Part shown: one piece after another, positions 38,411-57,586 of the stretch | Layout of the letters: the number at the start of each line of letters is the position of its first letter | Position numbering within the stretch: the stretch's first letter is position 1 | NCBI GenBank assembly: GCA_050613775.1 | Contig: JBODTK010000106.1 | Span: forward strand, 372,001 to 436,000 | DNA length: 64,000 nucleotides | Source: Neocallimastix sp. 'constans' | Taxonomy: Eukaryota | Direction of reading: 5' to 3' | The notes under the pieces: generated by a model | What the model was told of the DNA's origin: nothing | The model's input: the letters and a program-made list of their open reading frames with translations, nothing else | Database searches by the model: none | Made by a program: the position numbers and the translations under genes

Positions 38411-40705
38411 ATATATATTTTTATGTCAAAAGTATAAATAATATTTATATATTTTAGATTATTACATTTATCAAGATTGATAATAATTATATTAATGTTT
38501 ATGAACTATTTGTTCATATATTTAATTAATTTGCTTATTTATTTTTATATATTTTTATATATTATTTATTTGTTTTATTATTTATATATTCATTGATATA
38601 ATATTTTTTTATTTATGTTTTTTTTGTTCATTATATATTTACTGATGTACAAAGATAAATATAATAAATTGGTTTGGATGGATATATTTAATTTAAATAT
38701 AGTATAAAATTACAACTTTCGATATTTCATAGGCTGTAAATTAAAAGAAATCTAAAGTTTAATTGATATTTAATTTACAAAATGAAACAAAAATTAATTT
38801 AAAGTTTTGTATTTAATAGATTTAAAATTCTTTTTATTTCTAAATCTTAAATGTGATTAATGTATGGTTTAACAAAAACATTATGATAGTATTGTTAATT
38901 CATTATGAGTTTATTTTTTATTTTTTATTAAAGTTTATTTTGAAGATTAATAAATATATATTATTACTTTTTTTTTTTTTTTTTTTGGAAATTTAAAAAT
39001 ATTTATTATTAAAAGTTATTAATGATAATTTAAAAGAATTATATTTAAAAGTTCATATTATTTTCATTGTTAATATTTTTTTTTATAAGATGTTTCTGTT
39101 ATTTTTTTATAATTAAAATATCCAAAAATACGTAAAAAAAAAAAGCACCTTCTTATAATTAAGAAAAATTAATAATGAAGAAAGTATTAAAGTTTTTTAT
39201 TACTATAAAAGGATAAATGATTAAATATAATAGTAACCCTTTGATTAAATTAAAAAAATAAAAAAAAAGAATAATAATAAATTAAATTAAAATTAAAATT
39301 AAAATTAAAATTAAAATTAAAAAAAAGTTCTATTCTATGTTTATTTTTTTTATATTGTAACATAAATAATAAATATAGGAAATAATTTTTATATTATTTA
39401 TCATATAAATAATAGTATATGAAATATTAAAAAAAAAAAAGAAATAAAATAAAATAAAAAAATATTTAAAATTTCAATATATTTATTTATTAATATATTA
39501 TAAATATTAATTGATTTTAAATATATTATAATAGAATTAAAAATTGAACAAATAAAATATTAGTAAATATTTTAATATATTTTAATATATTATGAATGTA
39601 TTATAATAAATTGCATCATATGAAAATTTGTGGGTCCATTGAGAAATTTAGTAAAAAAAAAAAAGAAATTAAAATTAATTTCTCATTATAGTTTTCTATA
39701 ATCGATTAAAAAATAATGAGATTTTATGACAAAATATATTCGATATATATTACATACTATTCTATTTCTATATATTAATATATGTTAATTCTTCTATATG
39801 AATTAATTTATAATATAATATAATATAAAATAACATGTATTAACCTATTAAAAATCAATCAAAATATATATTAAAAAAAAGGAATACTATTGTTAATATA
39901 CAAATTCTCATTGATTTATATAATATATTATAAATAAGATGATTAAAAAATTAAATAATAAACTCTAAACGATATAAAATTTAATTATAATATTAAATAT
40001 AAAATATTAAATATTATAATTAATAGTATTCATATTCTAATTAATAAATAGTATTATTTGATATTATTATTAATATAAATAATAATATTAATATTACTAT
40101 TATTATTTAAATTAATAATAATATTATTAACGATTGAACCATCCGTTAAAACCTTATTCTATAATAATTAGTAATTTACATTTGAAAAGTATTAAAATGT
40201 AAACATACACACAAAGGAAAAAAAAATAAAAATAAATAAAAATAAAAATAAAAATAAAAAATTAATTTTTCTTAAACATTAATTATTATAATTAGTAATT
40301 AAAAAATTTTAAGAAATACTGTCTACACATAATATATATTAATATGTATTTTTAATTTATTTATCATATATTGCTGTATACTGTTATGAATTATTTATTT
40401 GGTATTTTTATAATATATATGCTATTTTAATATATTTCAATAGTCATTTTTATATATTCATTATTTATCTATCTATTTATTTATTTATATGGATTGTTTA
40501 TTTATTTAGAAATGATTAACTATGCAATAAATATATATAATTAATGTAAAAAAGAATTTATTTATTTATTTAATTTATTTATTATGATAATTATAATTAT
40601 GATTTAATATAATTCTTTATCCTTAAAAAAAAAAAGTTTTTCTTTTATTTTGATAATATTAAATAATCCAATATATATGAATTGAATTGACCAACAATTT
40701 AAATC

Positions 40706-40736
<31 letters not shown>

Positions 40737-40925
40737 AAAAAGAAAAAATATATATATATGCATAATATTAAATATTATTTAAAAACAAAATTTAATATAT
40801 ATTTTAATTCTATTTCATATTATATATTTTTAATTTTACGTTCGTCTTTTAAATTTTATTATTTTTTATGACTTTTATATATAATCAAAAATTAATTTAT
40901 TATAAATATATAAGTATATAACTCT

Positions 40926-40957
<32 letters not shown>

Positions 40958-42023
40958 CACTTTTTTAAATATCTTTAACAGATATAACATAAAAAATAAA
41001 ATAATTAATAATAAAAATAAAAGTGAAGTTGTTAATAATTGAATTATTAATAACTTTTTTTTTTTATATAAAAATTAATAATTATAAAAAATTGTATAAA
41101 AAAAAATAAAAATTTAATATAAAAATATTTAAATTTTAGTTAATAGGATTTGTTTTTAATACATTCAATTATATATATAAAAAGGTAATTATCAAAAAAG
41201 TATTAATTTATAATAGTAAAAAAAAAAAAAAAAAGTAAAAGTATTATATAATTGTAAAAAAAAAAAGAATTGAAATAATAATAACATTGTTAAATATGTA
41301 AATATGCGTTTTTTTTTAAAATTGTACATAAATAAAAACGTTTACCAATAAGAAACGTTTATTATGTAATTTTTTTTGTATTAAAAAAAAAAAAAAAAAA
41401 AACTATAAGATATTATTTATTTTTTATTATATATTTTTTATGTTTTAATTTATACTTTTTATCATTAATTTTATTTGATTTTAAAAATATTCACAAGAGT
41501 ACACTCTCTATATATGTTTATCTTATATATATATTTGTTATATAAAATAATTCATTTTTAGATATTCAACAATTATAATAATATTATTTTTTTTTTTAAT
41601 TTTTTTAAAAAAAGAAAATATTTATTTTTAAAATTTATTTATTAATAGATTATATGAACTTGTATCTTTTATTATAAAAACTTATTATTTTTAAATATAC
41701 ATTCACATTCAATTTACTAATTTTTTCTATTTATTTTTTAAAATTTTACAGATAATAATATAATTTTGTAAATATCAAAGACGTAATAAAAATTAAATCC
41801 AAGTTTTATTAAATATTATTAACTGACATTAATATAATTTTAATAATAAATAGCATAAATAATAATAATAAAAAAAAAAATAAGGCAAAAATTTTATAGA
41901 TAAAATTAATATTCAACAAAAACGGTGATAATAAAAATAAAATTAAATATAAAAGAAAAAAAAATTTTTTTTTAAAAAAAATAACACATAAAATATATAT
42001 ATATAAAATAAAAATAAATTTTA

Positions 42024-42057
<34 letters not shown>

Positions 42058-42079
42058 GAAAAAAAAAAAAAAAACAAAA

Positions 42080-43138
42080 ATGGAATACAAAGTTTTGAGT
42101 GGAAGATATGGTAATCTTACCAACGAACAAGAACAAACTTTAAGAAATTTAATTTTAAAAGTCAAAAAGGAAGGTTTATTCTGTGAAGAAAGACATGATA
42201 TTCATTACTTTTTAAGATTTTTAAGAGCAAGAAATTTCGATTTAGAAAAAACATACATAATGTTTTCCAATTGTGAAAAATGGAGAAAGGACAACAATAT
42301 TGATGAACTATATAAGACCTTTACTTTCCCTGAAATTGATAAAGTCGAAAAAATATACCCAAGATTTTATCATAATGTTGATCTACAAGGTCGTCCAATT
42401 TACATCGAACAATTCGGTAAATTCAGTATTAAGAAATTATTTGAATATACTTCAGAAGATAGACTTCTTAAGAATTTTATTCTTGATTATGAAATTGGAT
42501 TACGTCAACGTTTCCCAAGTTGTTCAAATGCTAGTGGTCATCATGTTGAAACTGGTTTAACCATTATGGATTTAAAGGATGTTAGTCTTTATCAATTTTC
42601 AAAGTGTTTCAATTATCTTAAGAAAACTTCTAAAATTGCTTCAGATTACTATCCAGAATGTATGGGTAATTTATTTGTTATTAATGCACCAAAGGCTTTT
42701 ACAATGTGTTGGAAATTAATTAAAGGTATTCTTGATCCAATTACTGCTGAAAAAATTCAAATTTTAGATAAGAAATATGAAAAGGTTTTATTGAAATATG
42801 CTTCTCCAGAAGCTCTTCCAGTAATGTATGGTGGTACTTGTAATTGTACTTGTGGTTGTTCTCACAGTAATATTGGACCATGGAATACTCCAGAATTAAA
42901 CAGAAAAGAAGAATATGAAATTACTATTGATGAATTTTTAAAGAAATTCGAAAATCCTACTTCTGTAACTGAAACTGCTAGTGATGCTAGTAGTGATTTT
43001 ACTTTATCTGAATTTAATAAGGTTGAAATTAAAAAGAGTCCATTAATCTCTGATCAATCTAACCCAAATGCCTTACCCTCACCACCACAAACTCCATCAT
43101 CACCTATGTCTAATTCAGATATTACTCAATGCAATTAA
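42080..43138 (+). CDS. SEC14: Sec14-family phosphatidylinositol transfer protein (CRAL-TRIO)
   Basis: GNLT..QE..L, LRFLRARNFD, YPRFYHNVDLQGRPIYIE, TIMDLKDV, DYYPECMGNLFVINAP, LPVMYGGTC, GPW; single exon, 352 aa. Confidence 0.95.
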   Translation: MEYKVLSGRYGNLTNEQEQTLRNLILKVKKEGLFCEERHDIHYFLRFLRARNFDLEKTYIMFSNCEKWRKDNNIDELYKTFTFPEIDKVEKIYPRFYHNVDLQGRPIYIEQFGKFSIKKLFEYTSEDRLLKNFILDYEIGLRQRFPSCSNASGHHVETGLTIMDLKDVSLYQFSKCFNYLKKTSKIASDYYPECMGNLFVINAPKAFTMCWKLIKGILDPITAEKIQILDKKYEKVLLKYASPEALPVMYGGTCNCTCGCSHSNIGPWNTPELNRKEEYEITIDEFLKKFENPTSVTETASDASSDFTLSEFNKVEIKKSPLISDQSNPNALPSPPQTPSSPMSNSDITQCN

Positions 43139-43430
43139 ATAACAATATCTTATTCCAATAATATAATAATAATAATAATATATATATATATATATTTTTT
43201 AAACTTTTAAAATAAAGCAATAAAATAAACAAATAAGTAAAATATTATATAGATGGCAAATATAATTATTATTTATTAGAAATTAATATAATAAATAAAT
43301 AAACAAATAAAAAAAATAAAAATAAAAATAAAAATAAGAATAAAAATAATATATATATATAAGAGTGAATATTTATATTTATTAATTATTAATTATTAAT
43401 AAATATATAATACAAAACAACAACAACAAC

Positions 43431-43472
<42 letters not shown>

Positions 43473-43758
43473 AAAAAAAAGAAAAAAAGAAAAATATATT
43501 TATATATAAGCGTAAACTATTATTTTAATTTTAATTTTTTTTTTTTTTTTTATTTTTTTTTTTTATTTTTATTAAAATATTAAGTATATAAATTTTTAAA
43601 GTACATAATTTTAATATTTATAATTATTTTTTTATCATTAATAATCAAACATTTAAAACCATTAATTTCATAATTAATAAATCCATTCATTGACTTTTTT
43701 TTTTATTTTTTATTTTATTTTTTTTTTTTTTTTAATTTTTTTATTAGAAGAAAAGAGA

Positions 43759-43799
<41 letters not shown>

Positions 43800-43929
43800 A
43801 ATAAAATATAATATACACTAATCCATCATATAAAATTATTCTTTTATTATATCTTTTTTTTTTGTATTGTATTAGTTTAATTATTTGTTTATATGAAATA
43901 TTCTAGTAATAATAATAATAATAATAAAT

Positions 43930-44260
43930 TAAGTACTGATTCTGATAGTAGTAATGAAATATATAATATTAATAAAAATAACAACAGAAATAATATTGTT
44001 AATAATAGTAATAGTATTGATAGAAAATATAGGAATATTAGGATTAATAATAGTGAAAATAATAGTATCATAACTAATAATGAAGATCGTGTTAACATTA
44101 GTAATTTTATGTGTAATGAGTGTGTTAATATATATGTGAGGTGGTACCGATTATATAACTTCCTTCTTGGTGGTGGAAGAGATACAGAAATTATTGATTT
44201 AAATTATAAAAAGGAATGGATTATTTTGTTTAAGAACCAAAATCATTTCTGGTGATTATT
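43930..44260 (+). repeat. Dispersed ~320-bp repeat, copy 2
   Basis: Homologous to 28350-28670; open here as ...ISNFMCNECVNIYVRWYRLYNFLLGGGRDTEIIDLNYKKEW. Confidence 0.8.
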
Positions 44261-44299
44261 CTAAAACACCATTCTTGATGTGTGATCTAAAAATAAAAA

Positions 44300-48160
<3,861 letters not shown>

Positions 48161-48327
48161 AAGTTCAACACAATATTTAAACTTTGTACATTGAGGTATT
48201 AGAAAAATATATATATATATATATATTTATAAATTTAATTAGGTAATAATTTTTATGTAAAATATAAAAAGGAAAAAGTTATTTTTAAAAAAAATTAATA
48301 TTTTGTTGAGTCTTTTAAATAATTTAT

Positions 48328-48436
<109 letters not shown>

Positions 48437-48567
48437 ATTTTAATTAAATATTATATTTCCTAGTGTATAGTGTATAAATCATATTTTATGTTGACTCCTT
48501 AGCTATAAAAATAATAATAATAATAATAATAATAACAAAAGAAATAAAAGAAATAAAGAAATATATA

Positions 48568-48607
<40 letters not shown>

Positions 48608-48992
48608 TTATATGATAGATAGGCATAATCAACATTATTGTATTAGTTTATATATAATATATATATAATCAATATATATTTTTAATTATAAGTTATTAAT
48701 ATTTAATTTTTTTTTTTATTCTTTTTACTAAAATATTTTTTAAACCCCTTTTTATTTATTTATTTATGTATTGTTATTATTCATTTTTATATATAAGATT
48801 TTTCTTATAGTTTTATTATTGTTAGTAATAATTATTATTTTTATAATTATTTTTTTTTTTTTCTCAATTTTATTTAATTTTATTTAATTATTGTTATTCA
48901 TTTTTTTTTTTTTTTTTTTTTTTATACATTTTTAATTTATATATAGGTAAATATAGGTAAATATATATATTTTCATTATTATTATTTTTTTT

Positions 48993-49023
<31 letters not shown>

Positions 49024-49134
49024 GATTTTCATTATATATATATATATATTTAATATTTATTTATATTATTTATATTATATTATATTTATATTTATTTATT
49101 TATTATTAATTTTTTTTTTTTTTTTTTTATCTTT

Positions 49135-49825
49135 TCATAATTTTGAAAGTATTTCAGGAGTGAGAAGTGCTGTAGAGAATGGTAATTCTAATTCGGAGGA
49201 ATCGGCACGATAGTTATCTCGTTCTTCTTCACTTGTCAACATTTCTAAAATCCATTGTCCTAACTGTTCAAAGTCTTCAATATCATTATATACTTGAGCC
49301 GAGACACGAATCCACCATCGACCACCATGCTTAAATACGGTGACAGAGGCTTGATGCCTTATAATTAATTCCTTCTGGAATCTCTTCATATATTCTTCAC
49401 TACGTTCCTGAGTAGGTAAACGAACATTTACCATAGCTGGAATAAGTGCTTCACCATGATCTGCTCCAGTACCGGTACGACCTAAACCAAGTAAAACTTC
49501 GGTACCTAGCATTTCAGCAATTCTTCTACCTCCTTCTACTGCCAATTTATGATTATGTTGACGAATAACTTCTTCTCCTCCAAGCCATCTTCTCCATTCT
49601 CTAGCTACTGGAATAGTTAAATAAGTTGTATAATCGACAGTACCCATCCATGAAAATTCATCTTTGAAATTACCGGTACCATAGGTTGGAATGGTTGGAT
49701 GAACGTAATGTTGCCATTTTGGATCTACGTATAATATACCGACAGGTCTAGCAGAGAAGAACCATTTATGAGTATTACAAACCTTTTTAAATTTTAAGAA
49801 AATAATAATAATAGTAATAATAATA

Positions 49826-49856
<31 letters not shown>

Positions 49857-51331
49857 AACAATATATATATTAATAAAAAATTAATTATAATAATAAAATA
49901 TTAATTAAATTAATATTTATATATATTTATATAAAGGATTTATTAATAAAATACAATTATATTATTAATGAGTATTATTTGATAAAATTAATAATGAATT
50001 AATGATTATATTTAAATAAAAAATATATAAATATAATTAATTATCAATCATTAATTCTTTCAATGTATTATTGATTAATTTGAATATTCATTTCTTATTA
50101 CTGATACAATAATGTGCTTTCATTAAGTATAATTTTTTTTTTTTTTAAAAAAAAGAATAAAAATGTTGTATATGTATGTTATATTATGCTATTGATGTAT
50201 ATATATATATATATACTATTATTATTATTATTATTTTTTTTTTTTTTTTTTTTTTTTTTGTTATTGAATTAATACTATTTTATCTAAATATAATAATTAT
50301 CTATATATTCATTATTATTATTATTATTATTTAAAATATTTTTCTTTTAAAATTTTATTTTCTATTTTTTATTTTTCGTAAACCATTAGAAATTAAATAT
50401 CAATCTAAATATACATAAAAAAATTAAAATAATAATAATAATAATATATTTATAATATATTTACCAAAAAATCTGGAGAACAATTTCTTATATTGACTGG
50501 AACTTGACCAAGAGCATGAGCAGCATCAATCATGACCATAATACCATGTCCTTGACATAATCTGGTTAATCTTTCATAGGGTAATATAACACTTGGAAGA
50601 GTGGAAATAATTTCAAAGTTAGCTAAAAGTACTGTATCATCAATAGCAGCACGTACTCTAGATATAAGAGCTGAATCGGATATTGGGTAGGTTAAAGGAA
50701 TTTCATGAACTACAAAATTATCAATTTTAGCAATATATTTAATAGCTTGCTTTACACCTTCATGATTAATACTTAAAATTAAAATCTTGTTTCTTTTTTT
50801 CAATAACTTTAATTTATTTAATTCGTATTTTTCAGCACGACGAGCATGAGCTTCTGCTAACTGACGAAGCGATCTCAAGACACAATTAACACCTGAGGTA
50901 ACATTATGTACAAATACTAAATTCTTTGGGTCTGCATTAACAAGTTCACCGGCACATTCTAAAGCGGTTTCTGATAAATTTCTTAAATTTAAACTAATAA
51001 AACTATCTGGACTAGCTTCTACCCAAGCTCTAAAGTGTGCATGGGTTTGTTCTACAAAACGTGGTATAGAACCAAAAGATCCATGATTTAAAGGAGTAGA
51101 AGTGGATGAAAGGAAGAAATGAGGTCTTAACGCTTTACCAAATGGAGGTGGTGGATAATTTGGTAATTTAAATGGTAAACAAGCAGAAACTGTAGGTTCT
51201 GAACTTTGTCCAACTGGATGTGGAGCTGGTAATGATTCTCCTTGTGGACTTTCTTTTTCCTTTTCTTCTGAAGTTAATGTTTGATTCTCAATATCATCAA
51301 TGTCATCTTTGACTTCAGTTGTTTTGGCCAT
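49135..51331 (-). CDS. Class V PLP-dependent enzyme (Egt2 / L-cysteine desulfhydrase / CefD-like), 2 exons, ~504 aa
   Basis: Exons 51331-50465 and 49782-49135; LNHGSFGSIP, FVHNVTSGVNCVL, IDAAHALGQ, DFL/VCNTHKW (PLP lysine), FSWMGTVDY, WIRVSAQVYN; ends -SKL*. Confidence 0.92.
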
Positions 51332-51838
51332 CTTTTATTATTATTACTGTTATTATTAGAGATTTGATTGTTTTTTTTTTTTTTTTTTTGTTTTTTTTTT
51401 ATTATTTAAATTGAATTATTTGATTTGATTTATTTATAAATTTGATAATTTAATATATTATATACTATTTAGGTTTATTATTGATTTAGATTTAAAATTT
51501 TAAGAAAAAAGATATTACAAATATACTAATTAAAAGTCAATAGTTTATCTTAAAATAGAAATATTTGAATGAAATTGTGTTTTTATATTATATTATTTAA
51601 GGTTGTTAATAACAATTAAAGATTAAAATCTTTAAATAAAATTATGAATTAATAATATAACAAAAAAAAAAAAAAAAAAAATTAAAATAAAATAAAAATA
51701 AAAATAAAAAAATAATATATTATATATATATATCCTGTTCTTTTAATTTTGTTTTTAATTACAATAATTAAAAATATATAATATATATAAATACACAAAT
51801 GTTTTATTATATAAAAATAAAAATAAGTTGTTTTTCTT

Positions 51839-51871
<33 letters not shown>

Positions 51872-52901
51872 TTTTGTTTTGTTTTGTTTAACGATATTAC
51901 GTATACTATACAATATAAAAGTAATGAAAAAATAAAATTTTTATTTGTTAATAAAATATATAGATTTTAGATATTTACATTTAAACGATATTTAATTATT
52001 AGAAAATAAATTTCATTTAAATATTATTTTTAATTCTAACTATTTAATAAATTAAATAAAAAATAATAATAATAAATAAATAAATAAATAAATTATATAC
52101 ATTACATGCTTTTTTTTTTTTTCTATACAGTCGTTATAAAAACAATAATAAAACAATAATAAACAGGTTTAAAATTAGACTGAAAAAGTTTTTTATGTAT
52201 TATTATATATTTAAATTTCTTAAGTTAAAAATAATATATAACAAATATGTAAATTATTCAAAAATTAAATTTTTTTTATTCATTATATATATCTCCTTTA
52301 TACATAATATAAGTATTATAAAGAATAATTATATTATAAAATTTAATTTATATATCTATTCTATATTTAAAAAAAAAAAATAGATTTTAAGAAAGGGGAT
52401 ATATATAAATTATATAAATAAATATAGAAAGAAAAGAGGTTAAATAAAATATATGTTATTTTTTTAAGCAGTTAAATATTTTATAATTAATTAATATTTA
52501 TTATGATAATTAAATTAAAAAAATATATATATTAAATTTAATATATATATATATTTTTTTAAATATTTTGGTTAATTACATATTATTAATTAAATAAAAA
52601 AAAATGTAATTGTAAAATATATTACAGAAAGATAATAATATTAATAATAAAATTGTATTATGTATTATAATTTATAAATTTAATCTTTTTAATATAGAAA
52701 TATTTTACACATGACTGGATAGATTAAAAACAAAAGATTATCATACATTTGTTATTAAAAAAAAAAAAGAAATAATATTAATAAAAAATATTTCATCTTT
52801 TGCCAATAATTTTTACTCTTATTTTATATTATATTTATTATAATTATAAATAAATAATTACAACTGTTAATATATAATCATAATTTTAATTAATAACAAT
52901 C

Positions 52902-52990
<89 letters not shown>

Positions 52991-53367
52991 TAATAAATAA
53001 TAATTATAATAATAATAATAAATAATAATAATAAATAATAATTATAAATTAATAATTATATTAATATTAATAAAAATATATTAACATAAATTCCTATTAT
53101 TATTATACCTTAGTAAATGAAAAAAAATTTAATAATTTTAAAATACTATTATCAATTATCTTCATAGTATATTAATCTTTTTTATCTACACCTTCCATAT
53201 AAATATTAACAATATTATTATCTTAATATTTTTTTAGAAAATTTTCATTATATATATTTATACTTTTTTTTTTTTTTTTTTAAAATGATACTCATCAATG
53301 AATAATTATCATTTAAAACATCACATTTACTGATAAACTTGTAAAAAAACAATCTATTAATACTATT

Positions 53368-53410
<43 letters not shown>

Positions 53411-53983
53411 CTACATTACATACAAATGAATTATACATTTATATATCATGTAACACATACAAAAAGGAAAAATATATTTTAATATAAAAATTATTAATTA
53501 TCTACAGAACATTTTATACACCTTTTGTAATTATTAATATTTTTAAATTTTGAAGATATTAAAAAAATTTTTTTTTTTTTTCATATTGTAACTGATAAAA
53601 TTCTTATCATTTTTTTTTTTTTTTTTTGGCTTGTTTATTTGTTATCTATTTTATTTTCTTTTTTTTATCTAATAATTTTGTGCTTCATTTTTTTATTATT
53701 TTTAATTTTAAATTTTTTTAAATATAAATATAATATAATTTTACTGTATGAATTTTATTGATTATCTATGTTCATTATTTATATAAACAGTTATATATAT
53801 GATATTCCCATAATTTATATTAAAATATAAATAAGCTAATAATTTTTAAAAAAGAAATATTAAATGATTTTAATTTTAATTTTATTATATTTTATTATTT
53901 TTATTTTTATTTTATTTTTATTTTTATTTTATTTTATTTTATTTCTTTTATTTTATTTATTTTATTTTAAAATATATATATAT

Positions 53984-54745
53984 TTAATTCCAAAGGGAGG
54001 TTATACCGTTAGCAGGTACTTTTGCAGAAATTAAACCATTATTATTTTGATTTTTAGATTTTTTATTAGTAGAAGAATTAATGATAGGTGCTGGAGCTGG
54101 TGATTTTGATTTGGTGTTTACCGTATTACTTGATTTCGGTTTTGGCGGGGCAACATATTTATAACCTATATTTTGTTTTTTCTGTTCTAATCGATATAAT
54201 CTTAATCTTTCTTCTTGTAATTCTCTTTCACGTTGTTTTTCTAATTTTCTCTTTTCTGCCTTCTTTTTATTTTCTTTTTGTTTCTTTGTTAATGGTTCTT
54301 CTTTTGGCTTTCTTATAGTACTTTTCACAACAACAGGGGTTGGATGTGAGGCAGATTTAATAACCAAAATATCTATACACAAAATTATTTAATAAAATAA
54401 AATAAAAATTATAAATAAATTATATATATAATGATTAGTAACTAATATTTAATGATATATATAATAATTAAAATATAATATATTTATAAATTTTAAATTA
54501 AATAATTAAAAGTATATAAAACGAAAATAATATTAATTTTATCAAAAATAATAAAATGAAATTTTAACAAAAATTGAGATTTCAAATTATATAAACAAAT
54601 TTCGAATTTTATATTCATATATAATTTATTGTCTTGAATTTATTTTTACTAATAAAATATTTAAACAATTAATTTTTTTATAGTACAATAAAAAGGAAAA
54701 AAAAATAAAATAAAATAAAATAAAATAAAATAAAATAAAATAAAA

Positions 54746-54784
<39 letters not shown>

Positions 54785-55478
54785 AATAAAACATACTTGC
54801 TTTCTTTGGGACAACGTTTTTCCATCCATCGATTTCTGGTGGTAATTCAATATTTTCTATTTCTTCCTTTTTTTCAACTACTCTTACAACTTTAACTTCT
54901 CTATCTGAAATTTCTTCATCATCGGAACTAATATATTTTTGATTTTCTTGAACCACATGCTTTTTATATTTTTTTCTATTGGTAATTGGTAATGAAACAT
55001 TTTGAATAACTATTGGTTTATCTGAAGATTTTTTAACTTCATTTTCGCTATAATCATCATCTACATTACTATTGGAATTGTTATTACTATTATTCTCTAA
55101 ATTGTCATCATCATAGTGAGTAATTTTAAATTCACTTTCTTTATTTATTTGCTTTTCTTTTCTTTTTCGAGATTTTTCTTTGGTTGCTGCTTTCTTATCT
55201 TCATTTATTTTTTCTAAACTTGGCCACTCGTTTTCATCAAGTTCATTTGTCTTTCCCTTCGGTGGAGTATTCTTTTTTTGAATTTTTTGATTTAATTTAG
55301 CTTGAACTTGTGCTTGAGTTTTGGCTTTTGATTTCTTATTCTTCTTTTTTTTTGATTTTGAATTGGAAGTATGGACTTCTCTTTTGGAAGTTTCATTTTC
55401 TTTTGGTGGGTCTGGTAATTTCTTTAATATAAGATAAAAGATAAAACCCATTAATAATAAACCATAAAACCAATGCAT
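53984..55478 (-). CDS. Hypothetical lysine-rich protein with N-terminal TM anchor, 2 exons
   Basis: Exon 55478-54797 (donor GTATGT) joins 54372-53984 in frame; N-terminus MHWFYGLLLMGFIFYLIL; GWKNV motif; coiled coil LTKKQKENKKKAEKRK. Confidence 0.8.
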
Positions 55479-56788
55479 TTTTGTTATTTATTTATTATTA
55501 TTTTTTTAATTAATTTTATTTCTTTATCTCTTTCTTTATTAGTAAAAATAAAAAATAATAATATTTTTTTTTTTCTAAAATTTATTTATTATTTTTAATT
55601 TTTTATAAATCTTTTTAATTTTTATCTTTTAATTTTTTAATTTTAATTTTAATTTTATTTTTATTTTTTTTTTTTTATTACCTTTATTAATTATATTTTT
55701 TTATGAAAAAATATAAATAAAAAATAAAATAAAAAGAATAAATAAAAGTTTTATATATATATATTATATAACAATAAAATAAAAAACTAAAATAAATAAA
55801 TAAAATTAAGAAAAAGAAAAATAAGAATATCATTTATTCTTACCAATATTTTTTAACCAAACAATAATTAAAATATATATATTATTCAATTATAAATGAT
55901 TAAATTAATATATAATTAATAAAAACCAAATATAATAAATATTAACTAAAAATTTAATATATTTAAGATTAAATGATTTTGTGATTTTTTTTTTTTTTTT
56001 ATATTTATTAAAATTTGAAATCTTTAAACTTTTTTTTTTTCCTAAATGATTCTGTATTTTTTTATATATAATTATAAAATTTAAATTAAATTTATATATA
56101 AATACTTGAAAAAAATATAAAATAAATTAAAATAAATAAACCATACACCAAAAGAGAAGATAATATTTTATTTTATTTTTTTTTTAAATAATATTTAATT
56201 TAGAATCATCAATTATAAAATTTAAAACTTATTCTTATTTTTAATTATAAAAATTTCTTTTTTAATAATGCTTTTATTATTATTATTATTATTATATGAA
56301 TTATTTATAAATTAATCGTATTGTATTCTTTTATATACACTTTATTAAAAATTAAGAAATTACAATTAATAATATAAATAATTAATAAAAAGTCATATAT
56401 ATTAATATATATTAATAAACATTTTCTTTTTTATTATATATATATATATATATTTTTTTTTTTATTTTTTTGGAATTTTTTAAATAAAGAAGAATAAATA
56501 AATATAATGATAATTAATATTTAAATTAAATAAAATTTGATATAATGTATTAATATTTTAATATAATATATATTAAATATTATAAGATAATCATTTCCTA
56601 AGATATTTAATAATTTATTATATTATTATTTTTATTTGGTTGTTTGTTTTGTCTGTTTTTGTATCTACAAATAATTATAGAAATATTTTATATTAAATAC
56701 TATTATAAACATATTATCGTCAGTTTTATTACTATTATGATACTATTATGATTATTATTGTTAATGCTAGTAATATTAATTATTTTAA

Positions 56789-56828
<40 letters not shown>

Positions 56829-57075
56829 TTTTGAACATTTATTATAAATAATTGTATAAAGTTTATGTCGTTACTTTTATTTAATATAATAAAATTAAAG
56901 TAAAAAATTATATATATGATACTAATATTATTAAATATATATATAAAGTAAAGTTAAAGAATAATAAATGCTGATGATAATACTTTATGTTGATAATTAT
57001 ATTAATAATAATAAAATATTTAGTTAAAAAATGGTAAATGTTTCTGATGAATATTATAATTATTACTTTTGTTAC

Positions 57076-57109
<34 letters not shown>

Positions 57110-57306
57110 TTGATATTTAATGATAAAATATTATATATATTTATATTTTACATTTTTTTTTAATTACTATTATTATTAATGTTTGTATTATATTATTATT
57201 ATTATTATTTTCTTATTACAATTGTTATTATTATTACTATTATTATTTATTAAATTATTTGATTGTATTTTTGTTTCATTTCGTTCGTTCGTTCGTTCGT
57301 TCGTTC

Positions 57307-57385
<79 letters not shown>

Positions 57386-57586
57386 TTCATTCATTCATTC
57401 ATTTTCTTTAACTAGTATAATTATTGATATTTTAAAAAATTGCCCCAATTTTTTCACTTTTCTCACTCATACTTTTATTTTATTTAATTAACTAACTTTT
57501 AAAAAAAAAATTATATATATATACAAATATTTAATTAATTAATTAAATAAAATATATTAATTATTATTATTACATATTTTTTTCCT

